A DNA stretch of 59,336 nucleotides, the filler included, from Sluysia triapertura (lineage: Eukaryota): NCBI GenBank assembly GCA_046118255.1. It is 4 parts of 4 records of this genome, joined end to end, with 100 filler letters (N's around TTAATTAATTAA, not from the genome) between each part and the next. Parts side by side here need not be neighbours in the genome. Positions count along the whole stretch, not along the records: positions 1 to 15,323 come from JBJNIA010231454.1; 3 more parts are not named here. One strand, given 5' to 3'. Positions 1 through 13,000 of this stretch are shown here, in pieces. Both the position numbers and the translations under genes were made by a program. How positions within the stretch are numbered: position 1 is the stretch's first letter; each line of letters opens with the position of its first letter. The notes beneath the pieces are model-generated. The model did not search any database and was not told where the DNA came from. It was given only the letters and a program-made list of their open reading frames with translations.

Positions 1-954
1 CGAACAAACTATTACTTATTTATAGTTTCCAATTTTAGTACATTTTTAATTACTCTATATTACATTTAGTTAAATAAATTTCGTTTCAAAAATACAAACT
101 TTTTATTTAAGAGGCTATTGATGTTCCTGAGTCTTTCAATACTTCTACACACCCTTTTATCATCGAATTAATCAATGTATTTACACTTTTTATTTCAATC
201 TTTTCCAATCACTCAATATATTGTTATACTGTTTTCCTTAACTGCACACTTTAAAGGATAATAAATTTTCTATTTTGCTGGCTACTTTAACACTTTTAAT
301 ACATCTTCACCGAACTTTAGATCGATGACAAGGATAATATTGATATTTTCTGGAAGTTTGACCTACGGAAGTACTACTTCTTTTATCAAATCATCACTAA
401 AAGTTGATGGAACTGATCCTCCACCACAAATTCTCTTAGAAAATATTTCTTTTCAAATTATATTTCTTCTTATCTAACAATATTATTAATACGATTTTCG
501 GTAAAGTTAATTCTTGCTATTTTATGAGCATCAGTGTAAGTGGAGGTTTAGCAAGTATTTTAATGAATTTGACCTAGCTCTAAATCTGACAATGTTGTAT
601 TTTTCACATACCTTATTAAACTCATTTTCTGCCTTAGGATGTCCCATTGCTTTTTATAACTATTATCCAAATAACCTTTTGGCAATACTTGCATTATGTT
701 CCCGTTTTTTGAGTTAAAAAATGCAATATTTGGATGCTTGGGAAAAGATTGAAATAAAAAGTGTAAATACATTGATTAATTCGATGACAAAAAGGTGTGT
801 GTATAAATATTGAAAAATACTAATTTTGTATAGTATTTTAAATAAAAAGTTTGTATAATGTGTGTCCTATGTTTTTGAAACGAAATTTATTTAACTAAAT
901 GCAATATAGTAATTAAAATATGTACTAAAATTGGAATAAGTAATAGTTTGTTCG
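1..954 (-). mobile_element. Internally deleted Tc3-like (Tc1/mariner) DNA transposon with long inverted repeats; probably extends past the window start
   Basis: 1-~95 is the reverse complement of ~871-954, and ~143-207 of ~741-813. Broken minus-strand motifs in Tc3 order: KNTTLSDLELGQI, AKPPL/TDAHKIARINF, LDKKKYNL (cf. SDEKKFNL), SKRICGGGSV (cf. RRNFGGGTV), EKIEIKSVNTLINSMIKR (Tc1-type C-terminus). Confidence 0.8.
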
Positions 955-2199
955 TGTTTTATTTATTAAATTGTATTGTTAATTTGTTTTAATATATAAA
1001 TTGTGTTTGTACATACAGCAAAGTATACATTATGATATGATCTTTGAAAAATTGAAAGAAAAATGTTTGTCTATAATAAAATAATATAATTTTGTAATAT
1101 ATTTTATCTTTAGTATATAAAAATATATAATTTTATTCACAAACTTTTCGAGAAATGAGACCATCAAAGATATAATCTTGATAATTATGAGGAATTATAA
1201 AAATATAATAATTCCTACAAATTATCAAATTGTACAATAAATTGTAACCTTGAATTCAAATTTAAATATTAAATTAATATCACTAAATTATTAATATACA
1301 TTTATTAATTTCCGTATTATAATTCAACAATAATTAATAATTGTCTTGTTACTATTATTTTATAATTTATATTATTTAATGTGGACTAAGATTTATATAC
1401 GTGTATAAATTAAATTTGGGATCAATTAAAAAAGAATCTAAATTAAAATCAACTTAAAAATATAAAACTAAATCCATCGATTTATTACATAATAACTATA
1501 ATATCTTTTAGAAATAATGAAAAATTTGGAAAGCAAGATGAATATTTCATTGAAACATAATAATAATAATAATCTATACAGAATCCACAGTGATAATAAG
1601 AGCTAGATGATAGGTTGTATACTGTTTATGTTTCAAAAATATACAACCAGTACTACCAGAGAATGTCAAATTACTGGAATATTATGAAATATTTAGGATA
1701 AAGGCAAAGTTGCTTCTGTTTCAGAAATATTATGAATGATTTTTTAAAGCGCTTTTTAATACTTATTTTGCAGTAGATATGAGCACAATATAAATTAATA
1801 TATTATTATTATCTATTAAAAATGTGGCAATACTATTTTCATACACGATCTCAATAATTTCCATAACTTTATTTTGAAGAGGCTTAACATTTTGAATACC
1901 AAATTTAATATAATCTTTTTGTGCTCTTCAGACTTTTTATGCAATCTTAGTTTTTTGATTTAAATTTAACATTTTTCTTATTTTTTAAAATTTCCAAATA
2001 TTTGGGACATTTGTATGAATTAGCTGCATGATTAAAGTCATTATGACTTTGACACAATTTATTCACTTGTAGAACTGTTCATTTTCTTTGTTTGGAAAGG
2101 TTTTTAGAACAGTATAACCACAAACTTGACAGTGATAACATTGTGTAATACGATGATAACTCATAAAATTACTGTTATTTTTATTAAATATACAGATCG

Positions 2200-2420
2200 G
2201 AAATAAATTAAAAACACATCGAATACACGAGCAAAACATTTGGTGCATTTGGCAATTGTTAAATTTTTTATATTTTCGATCATTTTCTAACCTCGTCATT
2301 GGCTAAATCACTTTTAATGTCAGCTTTTAAGCTTGATCAAGCATATTCGACAGCATTAAACATTGGGCTACAAGGTCCGGGTCTTAGCAGGTGAGACATG
2401 GTGCTATATGCTTACCAATA
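2200..2420 (-). mobile_element. Tc1/IS630-like DDE transposase C-terminal remnant
   Basis: Minus strand reads SHLLRPGPCSPMFNAVEYA*SSLKADIKSDLA, matching the LxLxPYSPxLNPIExxWSxLK motif, with a stop at the conserved Trp. Confidence 0.65.
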
Positions 2421-2717
2421 TAATTTTTGATTTGTACGACTTATCGAAAGTTTAAAATTTTACAATTTTTAGCTACTATTAATCGTTACAAATAAATTTT
2501 TTGCCAAAATAATGTTGATTTCTTATCTAAACAAAAACATTTTCTGCGTGTTACTAAACAGTAATTTAAACAAGACATTAATTTTTGGCATGAAATCAAA
2601 TAATATCGGAAAACATAGTAAAGCCTAAGTAATAAAATAAGTTAAATAATTAAATGAAGTTTGTGAAACTTGGAAAACGATTGTTGATTGTGACTAATTT
2701 CCTAAAATGGTCCATCA

Positions 2718-4832
2718 TCACAAATGAGTTTCTCTATCTGGATCTTCCGTCGGAACTGATAATCTATGACTCGGTCTTGGCGCCGATGCACCTTCGTTGT
2801 GCGACACGGTTCGTCTTAGCTGCAAAAAACGATTTTTCGCTTTAAATGTTTCAAAAAGCGAATTGACGCGATGACTGATTAACACTCGATTATTATTCAA
2901 AACGTCGTCATCATTATCATCATCGTCACTTATCGAAAATGCCTTAGATCGAACAAACATCTTCCTCAAATTATGTGTCTTTACAGTTAAGACGTCAGGT
3001 TCACGTTCCGTTTTAAATAATAAATTATATCGATGATGATGTGTGTGCACCTTTGATTCATTTTTTGTATTTGGTGATTTTAAACTGGTGAGTAATGCAC
3101 GATAATTTTCCGGCATTTCGTTTAATGTTTTATCATTATCGATTAGACTATATGTTCGTTCAAATTTGGCCAATAAAATTGAATTTATTTTCTCATTCAT
3201 TATTGTCATTCTAGTAGCCGAACTTACATTGGACTTTTTCAAAAATGGTTTCAAAAATTTTTCGTTGAAATTTGACAATGTCTTTAAAAAATAATTTCGA
3301 CCACACTTTCCTACAATGGCTTCTAACCCAAACTGAAAAGCCTCGAACACTGATTCATTTAATTCATCATACAAACTCAATCGTTTATGCTGCTTGTTCG
3401 CTAAACCTATCTGTAACAAATGCACCAAAGGTTTCATTGATATTCCTTGTACAAAAACTGTAAACAAAATGATAAACAATGTCGTGGTGATTATTATTTC
3501 TTTGTTTAACAATGTATTTTCAAATGCTTTTCTTTTCAACAAAACAGCCAATGAAAACGCAACAGCTCCTCTCAAACCTCCATAAGATATTATAAACTTC
3601 TCCTTAACTGGAATATTCCGCAAACTGGTATGTGTGGCATTTATAAATCCCGATAAAATGTAGGTCACTACGAATCGAACAACTAAACAAAGCATTAGTG
3701 AAACTAAAGCGAACCCCGTATGCCATTGTAAATGCCCCACAGCCAATTCCATACCAAGAAAGAAAAATATTCCAGCTTCACAAATCGCCGATACTATTTT
3801 CATAAATCTTTTAAAAGCGATTCGAGATTTGTCTGATATGTTACCGTACAATCCATAGCTTGCTTGAATAACTCCACACAATGTCGCACTAATGATACCA
3901 CTCCATGCCAGCATGTCCGCTAATACGTATGATACATAACCAAATGTAAATAACAAAATCGGTTCGAATAGTTCCGTTTCTTTGGCAATCATGAACCGAA
4001 GAATCAAACAACTGAGTAAACCAATTATTACACCAATAAAAATACCTCCAAATGAAACTGTAAAAAATGACAAAAATCCCAACACAATATTTTTCCCACT
4101 AATAACTGTCATAACGGAAAATTCTTGCATTATTTCGTACAATACTACAGTTACAGCATCATTAAGTAATGATTCGCCGAATACCAAATAGTACAAATCA
4201 GCATTTACTCCCACTTCGTTGAAAATTGCTAATACTGCCACAGGATCAACTGCAACAATTAATGAACTAAATAGAAAACAGTTTTTCATTGATACATTCA
4301 ATTGTTTTATATCCCCGAATTGTGCAAATCCATACAATAAAATACCAATTATTAAAAAGTTCAATATTGTTCCAAAAACGGCAAACACCAAAATAGATAT
4401 GATATTATCGAGAAAATTTCGATGATACAAAGAATAAGCAGATTCTAATACAATAGGTGGTAATAGTATGAAGAAAAATAATTCCGGTGTCAATTTGTAA
4501 ACAACTAATTTTTCAGCTGGCAATGAAAATCGAAGAATCACTCCGAATAATATACCAACAATAATCAAAATACAAGACTCTGGAATCAATGACATCAGTT
4601 TGGGAATATAATAAACAATAATTTTCATCACTATCAGTAGTACAATAAATGTACTACAAATTAAATACGTTCTCAATTCATCGAATTTCCAATCAACTAC
4701 TTTGAAATCGTGTTCACTTGACGATCTATTAGAAGTGTTGGATATCCGTGCATCATCACTAGTAGGAACGTGAACATCACTTGCACAGATAATAAATCCA
4801 AAGTAAGCAAAACTAATCACTAAAGGTAGCAT
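2718..4832 (-). CDS. Sodium/hydrogen exchanger (SLC9A, NHE1-5-like plasma-membrane type), intronless, 704 aa
   Basis: Hydrophobic N-terminal leader; IPESCILIIVG, FFFILLPPIVLESAY, AVDPVAVLAIF, LVFGESLLNDAVTVVLY, YGGLRGAVAFSLA, FTVFVQGISMKPLV; hydrophilic C-terminal tail. Confidence 0.96.
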   Translation of the reverse strand: MLPLVISFAYFGFIICASDVHVPTSDDARISNTSNRSSSEHDFKVVDWKFDELRTYLICSTFIVLLIVMKIIVYYIPKLMSLIPESCILIIVGILFGVILRFSLPAEKLVVYKLTPELFFFILLPPIVLESAYSLYHRNFLDNIISILVFAVFGTILNFLIIGILLYGFAQFGDIKQLNVSMKNCFLFSSLIVAVDPVAVLAIFNEVGVNADLYYLVFGESLLNDAVTVVLYEIMQEFSVMTVISGKNIVLGFLSFFTVSFGGIFIGVIIGLLSCLILRFMIAKETELFEPILLFTFGYVSYVLADMLAWSGIISATLCGVIQASYGLYGNISDKSRIAFKRFMKIVSAICEAGIFFFLGMELAVGHLQWHTGFALVSLMLCLVVRFVVTYILSGFINATHTSLRNIPVKEKFIISYGGLRGAVAFSLAVLLKRKAFENTLLNKEIIITTTLFIILFTVFVQGISMKPLVHLLQIGLANKQHKRLSLYDELNESVFEAFQFGLEAIVGKCGRNYFLKTLSNFNEKFLKPFLKKSNVSSATRMTIMNEKINSILLAKFERTYSLIDNDKTLNEMPENYRALLTSLKSPNTKNESKVHTHHHRYNLLFKTEREPDVLTVKTHNLRKMFVRSKAFSISDDDDNDDDVLNNNRVLISHRVNSLFETFKAKNRFLQLRRTVSHNEGASAPRPSHRLSVPTEDPDRETHL

Positions 4833-6029
4833 ACTGATGACTCATATATAATAATTATATTTAGAAACACATTTTTATAATTATTTGATAGTACTTAAAA
4901 AAACGTTTTAAATTAGCAGTTTAAGTATTTTTAAATAATTTATTTAATATATGATAATTTTCAATAATCGATAGTATGCATTTTTATTTAATAACATTGT
5001 ACATATTTATTTAGTTTGTATAATACATATATATAAATGGCATTCAAAATGTGTACTATATACATTTTAAAAATCTATATATGAATTTACTTAAAAAAGA
5101 AGTTACATAATGGAATTTTGATTGGTTAGTTTTTCATAGAAATTTTTCGTAAATTTGTTTAATGATTTTTCACTTGACATACTTTCTTTAGTACATAGTA
5201 GTTCATAAATTTGTACTAACAATTAAATTATTTATATTAAAAAAATATTTAAAACTTAAAAAGTTCGTCTTATTTAATAAAATAAAATAATTTGAAATTT
5301 ATTAAAAGTTATTTATTTTAGTTGTACAAATCAAGATGAAAAATAAAAAACTATATATTATTTTGTGTTTTAAAGCTATATTCATTGTTTTAAGTCTCAT
5401 TAATTATTGAATATTTTGTGTGAAAAAATAACAATAGTTGTAATGATTTAATGACTTAAATCATATTATTGCATTAATTAAAGATATATCAAGGTATAGT
5501 TTAAAATGTACCATAGCTAGATAATTTATTACATCTGTTTGTACTAAATAATATTTCGAAAGATTTTAAATTTAAGGAATAATAAAATCTTTATTAAAAC
5601 TTTTAAAAGTAGATTTGTTAATTAATTTCATTACAATCATTTTAACTCAATATCTTTTTATACTATGTGAACATTTGAGAGAATGGCATAAGAAATGAAA
5701 CTAATTAGTGTTATGATAAATGAGATAAAATTAGTTAATTTTGATTGATTCTCTTATTTATAAAATTAAATTTCTAGGTTATAAAGATTATAAGTAGTAA
5801 AAGTACACATCAAGTCAATGCTCACTAAGAGATCATTTTTTAAACGTTATTGAAAGCTACATGTTGTATGTGGTGAAGATTAATAATGCGATTATAAAAA
5901 TATTTTGTATTTCTAACTTATTACTTAATTTCTTACCTATATTATTTCGATACTAGTCCTCAAATTCTATAATAAGCTTCTTCTTAATCAGAATTCTTAA
6001 AAAATCTTATATCTTATTGCAATTACTGG

Positions 6030-6150
6030 TCCTCACTCTGGGTACCAGTTTATTCTATGTGAGATAATTGAGTGCGCATAGAATAAAAGTTGAAATTACA
6101 ACTGTGAGTTCATCAACGTACTTGGACTTACCGGTTAGGGCCCGCCGTTG
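6030..6150 (-). mobile_element. Possible LTR-retrotransposon primer-binding site (elongator tRNA-Met-like) with adjacent hairpin-rich U5-like sequence
   Basis: The plus strand CCTCACTCTGGGTACCA resembles a CCA-ended tRNA 3' end. The minus strand TGGTACCCAGAGTGAGG is close to TGGTGCCCCGAGTGAGG. No LTR pair was found. Confidence 0.4.
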
Positions 6151-9100
6151 GATTTTATGAAATGAAAGTATCGAGAATTTAGCAAAATTTTGGGTGTTTA
6201 ATTATGTATTTTAAATGTCTGGAGGTTTATTAAATCGAATTGACAGTTTAATGAATATTTTGCGTGAATCCTATTATAAGGATCTTTTAAAAATTAGTTA
6301 CGTAGTTAAAAAATTTAACTAGAGCAATCTTTATCAAGTAAGAACTTTTTTATTTGAAGCTATTTAATTTAATAAAAATAACAATAAAAAGAAGCTATTA
6401 ATAAAAAGAACAATAATGATTTTTATTAAGCACAAAATAAATAGGATTTTACAACAAAATAATAATGACAATAAAATAGTTTACAAGGAATTATTCTGTA
6501 TAATTCCAATCAATAAAATTTTATTAAAGAATTTACAAAGATCTATTACAAGATCTAAAACACTTCATTAAAAGATTTTTAGTGTATTTTACACTGATAT
6601 TTAATGATATCTCTACTTAATGAACTAAACTAACGTATACAAAAAATTTTGATAGATTAATTCGTGAAATCTTTTCAAACCTTATCCTTCAAAAAACCAA
6701 TTTACCAAGAAAAATATGTAAATGAATATGTGATTTTTTATTGCTATTTATATACTTTCACGTATTAACCTTGAAAGTTAATTTTAAACAAAAATTATCA
6801 AATTAAAATTAATGAATAATTAAAACTAACAATAACTTTAGCGATAATTTCCAAAAATAACAATTTATAAATTTAAAATTTCAAAATTAATATCAACAAT
6901 TTATATTCAAAAATAAAGCACAAATAAAGTAATTTATAAATCAATAAATCAATATTATGTTATTAATAATTATTTCAATTCATTGCTTCAATTTATTGTT
7001 ATTTATAAATTATTACAAATATTCAAAAATTATAATGTAAATCTACATAATGTGAATAATTTAATGTAATTATTGTTTATTTAGGTGAAGTACATAATGC
7101 ATTCAAACAATTGTAATTTGATAATTTAAAAAAAGATTTTGAAGGTGAGTTCACCTAATAGATACGACTTAAATCTGAGCGAAGGCCTTATACTAGGATT
7201 TTATAAATTTTATTACTAAATAATTGCTTGTAATAGCTCAATGGCTTACGTTAAATTTGATGTCACTGATAAATCTTGACTTGTGAAGGCTTGATGCTTT
7301 AACAATTACGTTAAGTGAGCCTGTTACGGTCTGACAAATATGTCAATAATTTAACGAATTTAGTGCTCAGAAGATGAAATAAAAGAAAAAATATATTAAC
7401 ACATAAAAATTTAACTAATTCAATACACAAATTATGTAATAATAATCAGTTTAATGAGTACTTAAGGAACCTTGTCTCTTAGTACTTAGAAGTTAAAAAA
7501 GATATTAACCAAGCCTTTTACGGTGTTTTATTTTCTGTTTTCTTACAATCAGAAAAAAGAATTTATATCAAATAATCTTACTTATTCTTCTTTGATATCA
7601 TCATTGTTTTTGAATAATTTTTCTAGCTAATACTTGTTTTGTTATCCTCTTTGCTAAAAATTCTGTGGTGGCCAACTTTTTATTCAAAATTTAAATCAAT
7701 TCCACACATGAAAAATCTCAATTCATAACACTCCACAGTCAATTTTAATAAAGAATTTATATTAAACTACGATTACGATTGGCCACCCAATCACGGTTTC
7801 ATGAGCAAAAAAATTCGTTGATTGAGAATGCATAAGTTTGAACAAAAATAACCTTATTATTCAGAGTTAAATCACAATCAATTGAGTCAGTAATTATTAG
7901 TTTAAAAAAGGAGTTTTGGCTATAATATAAAATGAGTTTTAAAGAGCAAAAGTCGAAACTTCATAATTTTAAAAGATCCTTATCTTATTTAAAATTAAAT
8001 GCGTCAATAAAGTCTTCCGAATTCAAACAACCAATAATTGACGAAACAAAAGAATGTCGATAATCAATTTGAAAAATTCACATTGTATCTGTGTCAACAT
8101 ACAACCCAAATAATAGATTTGGATCACTATTTTTTGTTAAAAGCTAAATTTAATTCTAATTATCTGAGTACACTGTTATCAAAAATCAACGATAACAATG
8201 ATAAATGTTTGAAGCAAGTTCAAAATATTAGTAATTTAGTGGTTTTATGTTTTTAAGGTGTTTGTATTTATTTTTAATCTTATGATTTAGTAATATTATA
8301 TTTTTAAGTATTGCTATAAAAATTACGTTGAAGAGGTTTTAGTAATGAGCTTAGGATACCGCAAGTAACTTTAATTCTATACTTTAGGAGTAGGTTGATT
8401 AAGCCTCTAATAAAATCTATCGATTTGCTTTCTTTGTTTACCGAGTGTCGTGTAATCTGATTATGAACATCTCTTAATAAACTACAAGTCTTAACGTGTT
8501 TACACAAAAATTGAATTAAAATAACTTCAATAGTATTAAAAGGTTTATCTGCATTTAATCTTGTTATTTTTAATACACAAATGTTTATTACGACCTTATT
8601 CGATAACAATAAAAATCTTTTAATGTATAAATCTGGAGATTTAACAGGAAGACATGTTAGATTTAAATTAAAAGTTTTGTTTTCTTCTTCTTCTGTTTTT
8701 TTGTTGCACTCCACACTCTGTTGGGCTTCACGAATCCCTTTGATAATTCTATAAACTAAAATAAAGATTAATGAATGTATGAAACTAGGACTCACGTAAA
8801 TTGTTTTAATATTGGAAACGTTTTTAATGATGAACTCAGGATCTTCTTCGTTTATCAATTCACTTATTAACTACTTGTATTGATATTGTATCGTTAATTT
8901 CAGACCTTTAGTTAATTTTGCATATATAGCATAACATCCAATTTTGAAGTTGTCTAAGTAGAACTCGTCCCTTTATTGAATATGCACGTAATAATGTTTA
9001 AACATAGATTGGTCATCCTAATATCTGCTTGTGATAGACTTAAAATGGTACTGTTGACTATTAATTAGTAAGATTGGATTATGAAATTGTTCTTTTAACA

Positions 9101-9299
9101 CGTTCGAAACGATCAACTGATAAGTTACAACTTGAAACTTTCGGTAATTAGTCTGTAGGAATTTCAGGACATTAAAAACTTTATGTACAGATCTGTTTAT
9201 CATGATAAATTCATATCGGTATGTAATCATGTAAACGTAGTAATGGTGAATTGATTGAATAATATTATAACTACTAATGATTGACTGATATGGGTTTGG

Positions 9300-9800
9300 T
9301 AAAAAATTAAACGGTTTCTGGTAATAATGTGTAACATCATACTGATTCCTCTTTTTAGATCATAATTATCATCTATATCAGCAGTTTTATTTTGTATTAA
9401 AATCATCGTCTAGAAATCGTGAATAAGCTAATACATTACAGGAAAATGCTGATTCGATTAAAGACTTTATATTTCTACAAAATTGAGGTATCTCGTCATC
9501 TTTTACGTCTAATTCTACATAATTATCATTAATGATTATGCATTCTAATTTTTGTTTCAAATCTCGTGACACTAATCTAGGAGTGAAAATCATAGCGTTT
9601 GCATTTGGAGTTCGTCCTTCAAAAAATGTACTTTCGTCATAAAAATAATCAGATCGCGTTTTAGAAAAATTAAATTCGAATTGATGTAAATTCCAAAATC
9701 GACTACCAATAAAATTCGAATAGTTGCCTGACTGAATTGTTAACATCGATCTAGTGCTGTTTTTATTTGCTACGTAGAATTGTTTGCTTGAAATTTTCAC
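9300..9800 (-). pseudogene. Misato/MSTO1/DML1 (tubulin/FtsZ-like) fragment, disrupted
   Basis: MLTIQSGNYSNFIGSRFWNL and FEGRT...FTPRLVSRDLKQ match Misato segment II (TLQxGHYxNFVGxHWWN; FxEG...FTPRLxxxDLKG). Later RNIKSLIES...LDDDF resembles EDRxxFFVEECD...LxDGF. Stops follow. Confidence 0.75.
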
Positions 9801-9909
9801 AATTCGTTATAATTTTTAAGCACTACGAAAACAAATTTTAATTGTTTAACTTTCTTTATTATTTTAATTGTTACTATTATTACTATTTTTGCATGCTTGC
9901 TTATTGGTT

Positions 9910-9962
9910 ATCCAATCACGACTTCAAAAATAATTATTTGCATATAATAGTCGTGATTGGAT
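9910..9962. repeat. Perfect 14-bp inverted repeat containing CCAAT
   Basis: ATCCAATCACGACT (9910-9923) / AGTCGTGATTGGAT (9949-9962). Confidence 0.9.
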
Positions 9963-10005
9963 GATATGTGATATTGGAATATAAAATTAATTTTTTGATG
10001 ATTTA

Positions 10006-10064
10006 CCATCATCAATATTGACATGTTAATAAAATAGTGCATAGAGCGTCAATATTGATGATGG
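10006..10064. repeat. Perfect 17-bp inverted repeat
   Basis: CCATCATCAATATTGAC (10006-10022) / GTCAATATTGATGATGG (10048-10064). Confidence 0.9.
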
Positions 10065-13000
10065 CGACGACAACTAATAAATAGATAAAATTGTTAAAAA
10101 TTAAATTAATGACTGATTATAATAACGATAATAATAACAAAAATAATATTGCTATTATTATCATTATCATCTAACAAAATTAAATCACATAAATCCCTGT
10201 CTTGAAATTTACACGAGCTTTTCTTTGGAATACTTAATTTTCTACATATTAAAAAGAAGAATAAAACAAATGGCATGTTGTGAAGAAGAAACGGTAACGA
10301 GGTATACAACGCCTCAGTTATCGTTGTTGCTTCATTGTAAGACAATTAATTCTTTAAAATTATTTTAAATTTAATTTTGAAGATAAACAGAATGATTTGA
10401 GTTGTACGTGAAGTGACGAATGTTAGAATAAATTCATGAGATCTATTTAAAGTTTGTAGTTGAGAATAAGATTTATGCACTGAATATAATGGTTTGAGAG
10501 TCTTATTAAAAGGTTGTAGTTTATTAAATTTAAGAGACAATTACAAAATAAATCTTAGCGTATGTGTGATGTTGTTGAAAAATGTTGATAATGATTATGT
10601 GTAGATGAAATGAGTTTGAATTAGTATAATTGATTATAGGTTGTAACGAAAATGTTTTCTATGTTTCAGGTACTTATTAATGTTGAGTGGTGTTAATGTA
10701 TTTGTGATCTATATATTATGTGTTATGGTTGAGGTTTGGTTTGAGATAATGACTATTGAGTGAATGTTACGGATTATTCGGCACTAATTATCAAAGTATA
10801 GTATGAGGTGAATAATTGAGACTATTAGGTGAATTGTTGATATTTATGTTGTTGAAATATTAAAAATGTTGAATGTTGTTTGTGATGATTCAGTTAATGT
10901 AATTCGATAGTGTGAAATGTGGTTGCTTTAGATGTTATGTTTTTTTGTGAGCTAGTTGTTGTAATGTTTTAGTGACTTTTAAATTATGGGTGTTGGCCAC
11001 TACAAACGTGACAGTATAAGAAATTGAGGATGTCGTAATATTACAGTCATTCATAAATTTACATCAAACTCATCTACAAATATTCCACACACTCCATACA
11101 TTGTTATACAAGACTATAAGACCTAAATTAGAATTAATATATACATGTTGTGTCTTTCATACTTTTTATTTTACAAATTATCAATCAAAACTCAATAATT
11201 AAACAAATTCAGAATCTCGATATATTCTTTGAATAATCACAAAACTACAATTAAAAGATATAAATTATTCTTTATGACAACGACAATACAAAGTACCCTT
11301 TATAACAAAATACAAATTATTCTTTATAACAATATTGCAAATTACTCTCTATAAAAACGTAAATTACTCTTTAAAAAACAAATCACAACCAGGGGTGATA
11401 CAACTTAAATCTTTGTATTAATGCAAAATATACTCAATACAAAATAAATCACTAACCCTAGGTCCTCTAACTCTAAATATTTATATTGATCAATTGCTAG
11501 AGAATAAGCCCTGATATCAACGTTAACCACAGATATATCTAGGCAGCGTCCTTCAGCTAGAAAGTTTTGATATCTCAACTCTAATTCTTATCTCTATGGA
11601 TTTTACTTCTAACTTTATGCAAAAATGCAACTGCATATATAGCAGTTTTATGATGCTGTAGGAAATTAAAATCAAGAATTTAACAAGACGGAAATTAAAG
11701 CTGTCTATTCTCTTTTAGTCGGTAATAAGCCGAATTTCGGCAACAATTTCCATCATGTTCAAATTCAATCAAATTCAAATTTTACTTATCTAATGATAAT
11801 AGGATTAGTGGTCAACAATCCTCTTATCTTCTTAATATCACCTAATTAAAATTTAAAATCATTGTTACATTGCTATTATACCAATAACGTAATTTGTCAA
11901 CTTAATTTTAAAATAAAATTTATGAAATAATAAATCTATTTCTCACAGGAGTATTCTGCATTAATACGTTGTGCATCAACCGTACGTCGCACATCAAAGT
12001 GAATAACATATTTGAATTAGTATCTTTAAAAGCACTATTTGATATATACTTTATTAATACTTAGACATTAGAACATATTTAATCTTTAATTTCAAATTAC
12101 AAAAACTAATTAAAATAACTAATTTTTACGTTATCTACGTTGACGTGCTTCGCAATACTTCATTATTATTAAAACCAATACTTTATTATCAAAACCAATA
12201 ATAAAACTCAACATTAGACACTAAATTTAACATCATTATATCATGAGCAAACATTTTTCATTAAGTTATCAAATTAAATATATTTTAATTAAGTTAAGTA
12301 ACAAATGTACTTTAGTATTTTAACAAAGAAAGCCCTGTAAAATGTTATTTCTTCGTATTTCTCATCGTTTTATCTTGATTCAAGTATTTCACATACCTAT
12401 CTTATCATTACAATTCACCATAATCCCCTATCTCAATTCCTCAAAAACGTTCACCTTATTCTGTCATCCTGAGTCTTGAACCTTTATAACTACCCTTATC
12501 CTTCGCCAACCCAACAATATGTAAAAATAATTCACAATATTTAAATGTATGCAGACAATTATTTTAAAATTTAAAATTTAAAAATAAATATGTTATATGT
12601 TAATAAAATCAATAATTATGGCATTATTATTATATTATTGTAATAAATTATGTAAAAATAATTTAAAATATAATTAATTCTTTATAATATATTTCTTTAA
12701 ATTAATCAATTAATTAAATTAATTAATTATTATTTAAAATTAATTAATTATTCAAAATAGCTATAAAAAGCTATGATATTTTTACAAGTCCACACACTTG
12801 AAACAAAAATTTTTAAAGTATAATTTTCGAAGAATACTCCAGTTAATTGTTGGTTTCCTCACAAAATGATTTCATTACATTAATTGCTTACATTAGTCTT
12901 TCTGGATAAAATCATTTTTGGATCAATTTTGGATTAAACACGTCTTTTAGATTTATTCGTTAGTTCTATTATTTTAAAAGGTCTTTTTTAATTAATGTAA

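Larger units (their letters stand above)
8230..11003 (-). repeat. Copy 1 of a ~2.8 kb duplicated module (C/A-rich segment, AAT-like tail, two palindromes, Misato-like coding remnants)
   Basis: Colinear with 48193-51155 in reverse complement, e.g. TGTAGTGGCCAACAC at the start, TAATTCAAACTCATTTCATCTACACATAATCATTATCAACATTTTTCAACAACATCAC, and peptides PQFCRNIK, SVxKVFNxLKFL, SFIHSLxFILV, EAQQS. Confidence 0.9.

Noticed and set aside
2654-4425. Short plus-strand ORFs overlapping the exchanger
   Set aside because: Antisense shadows of the NHE CDS.
11260-11842. GGTGATA...TATCACC-bounded segment with adjacent degenerate ~25-bp repeats as an LTR
   Set aside because: Termini too short and no clear PBS or TSD.
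11945-12015. Minus-strand YVIHFDVRRTV as a helicase C-terminal fragment
   Set aside because: Too short, and motif VI is absent.
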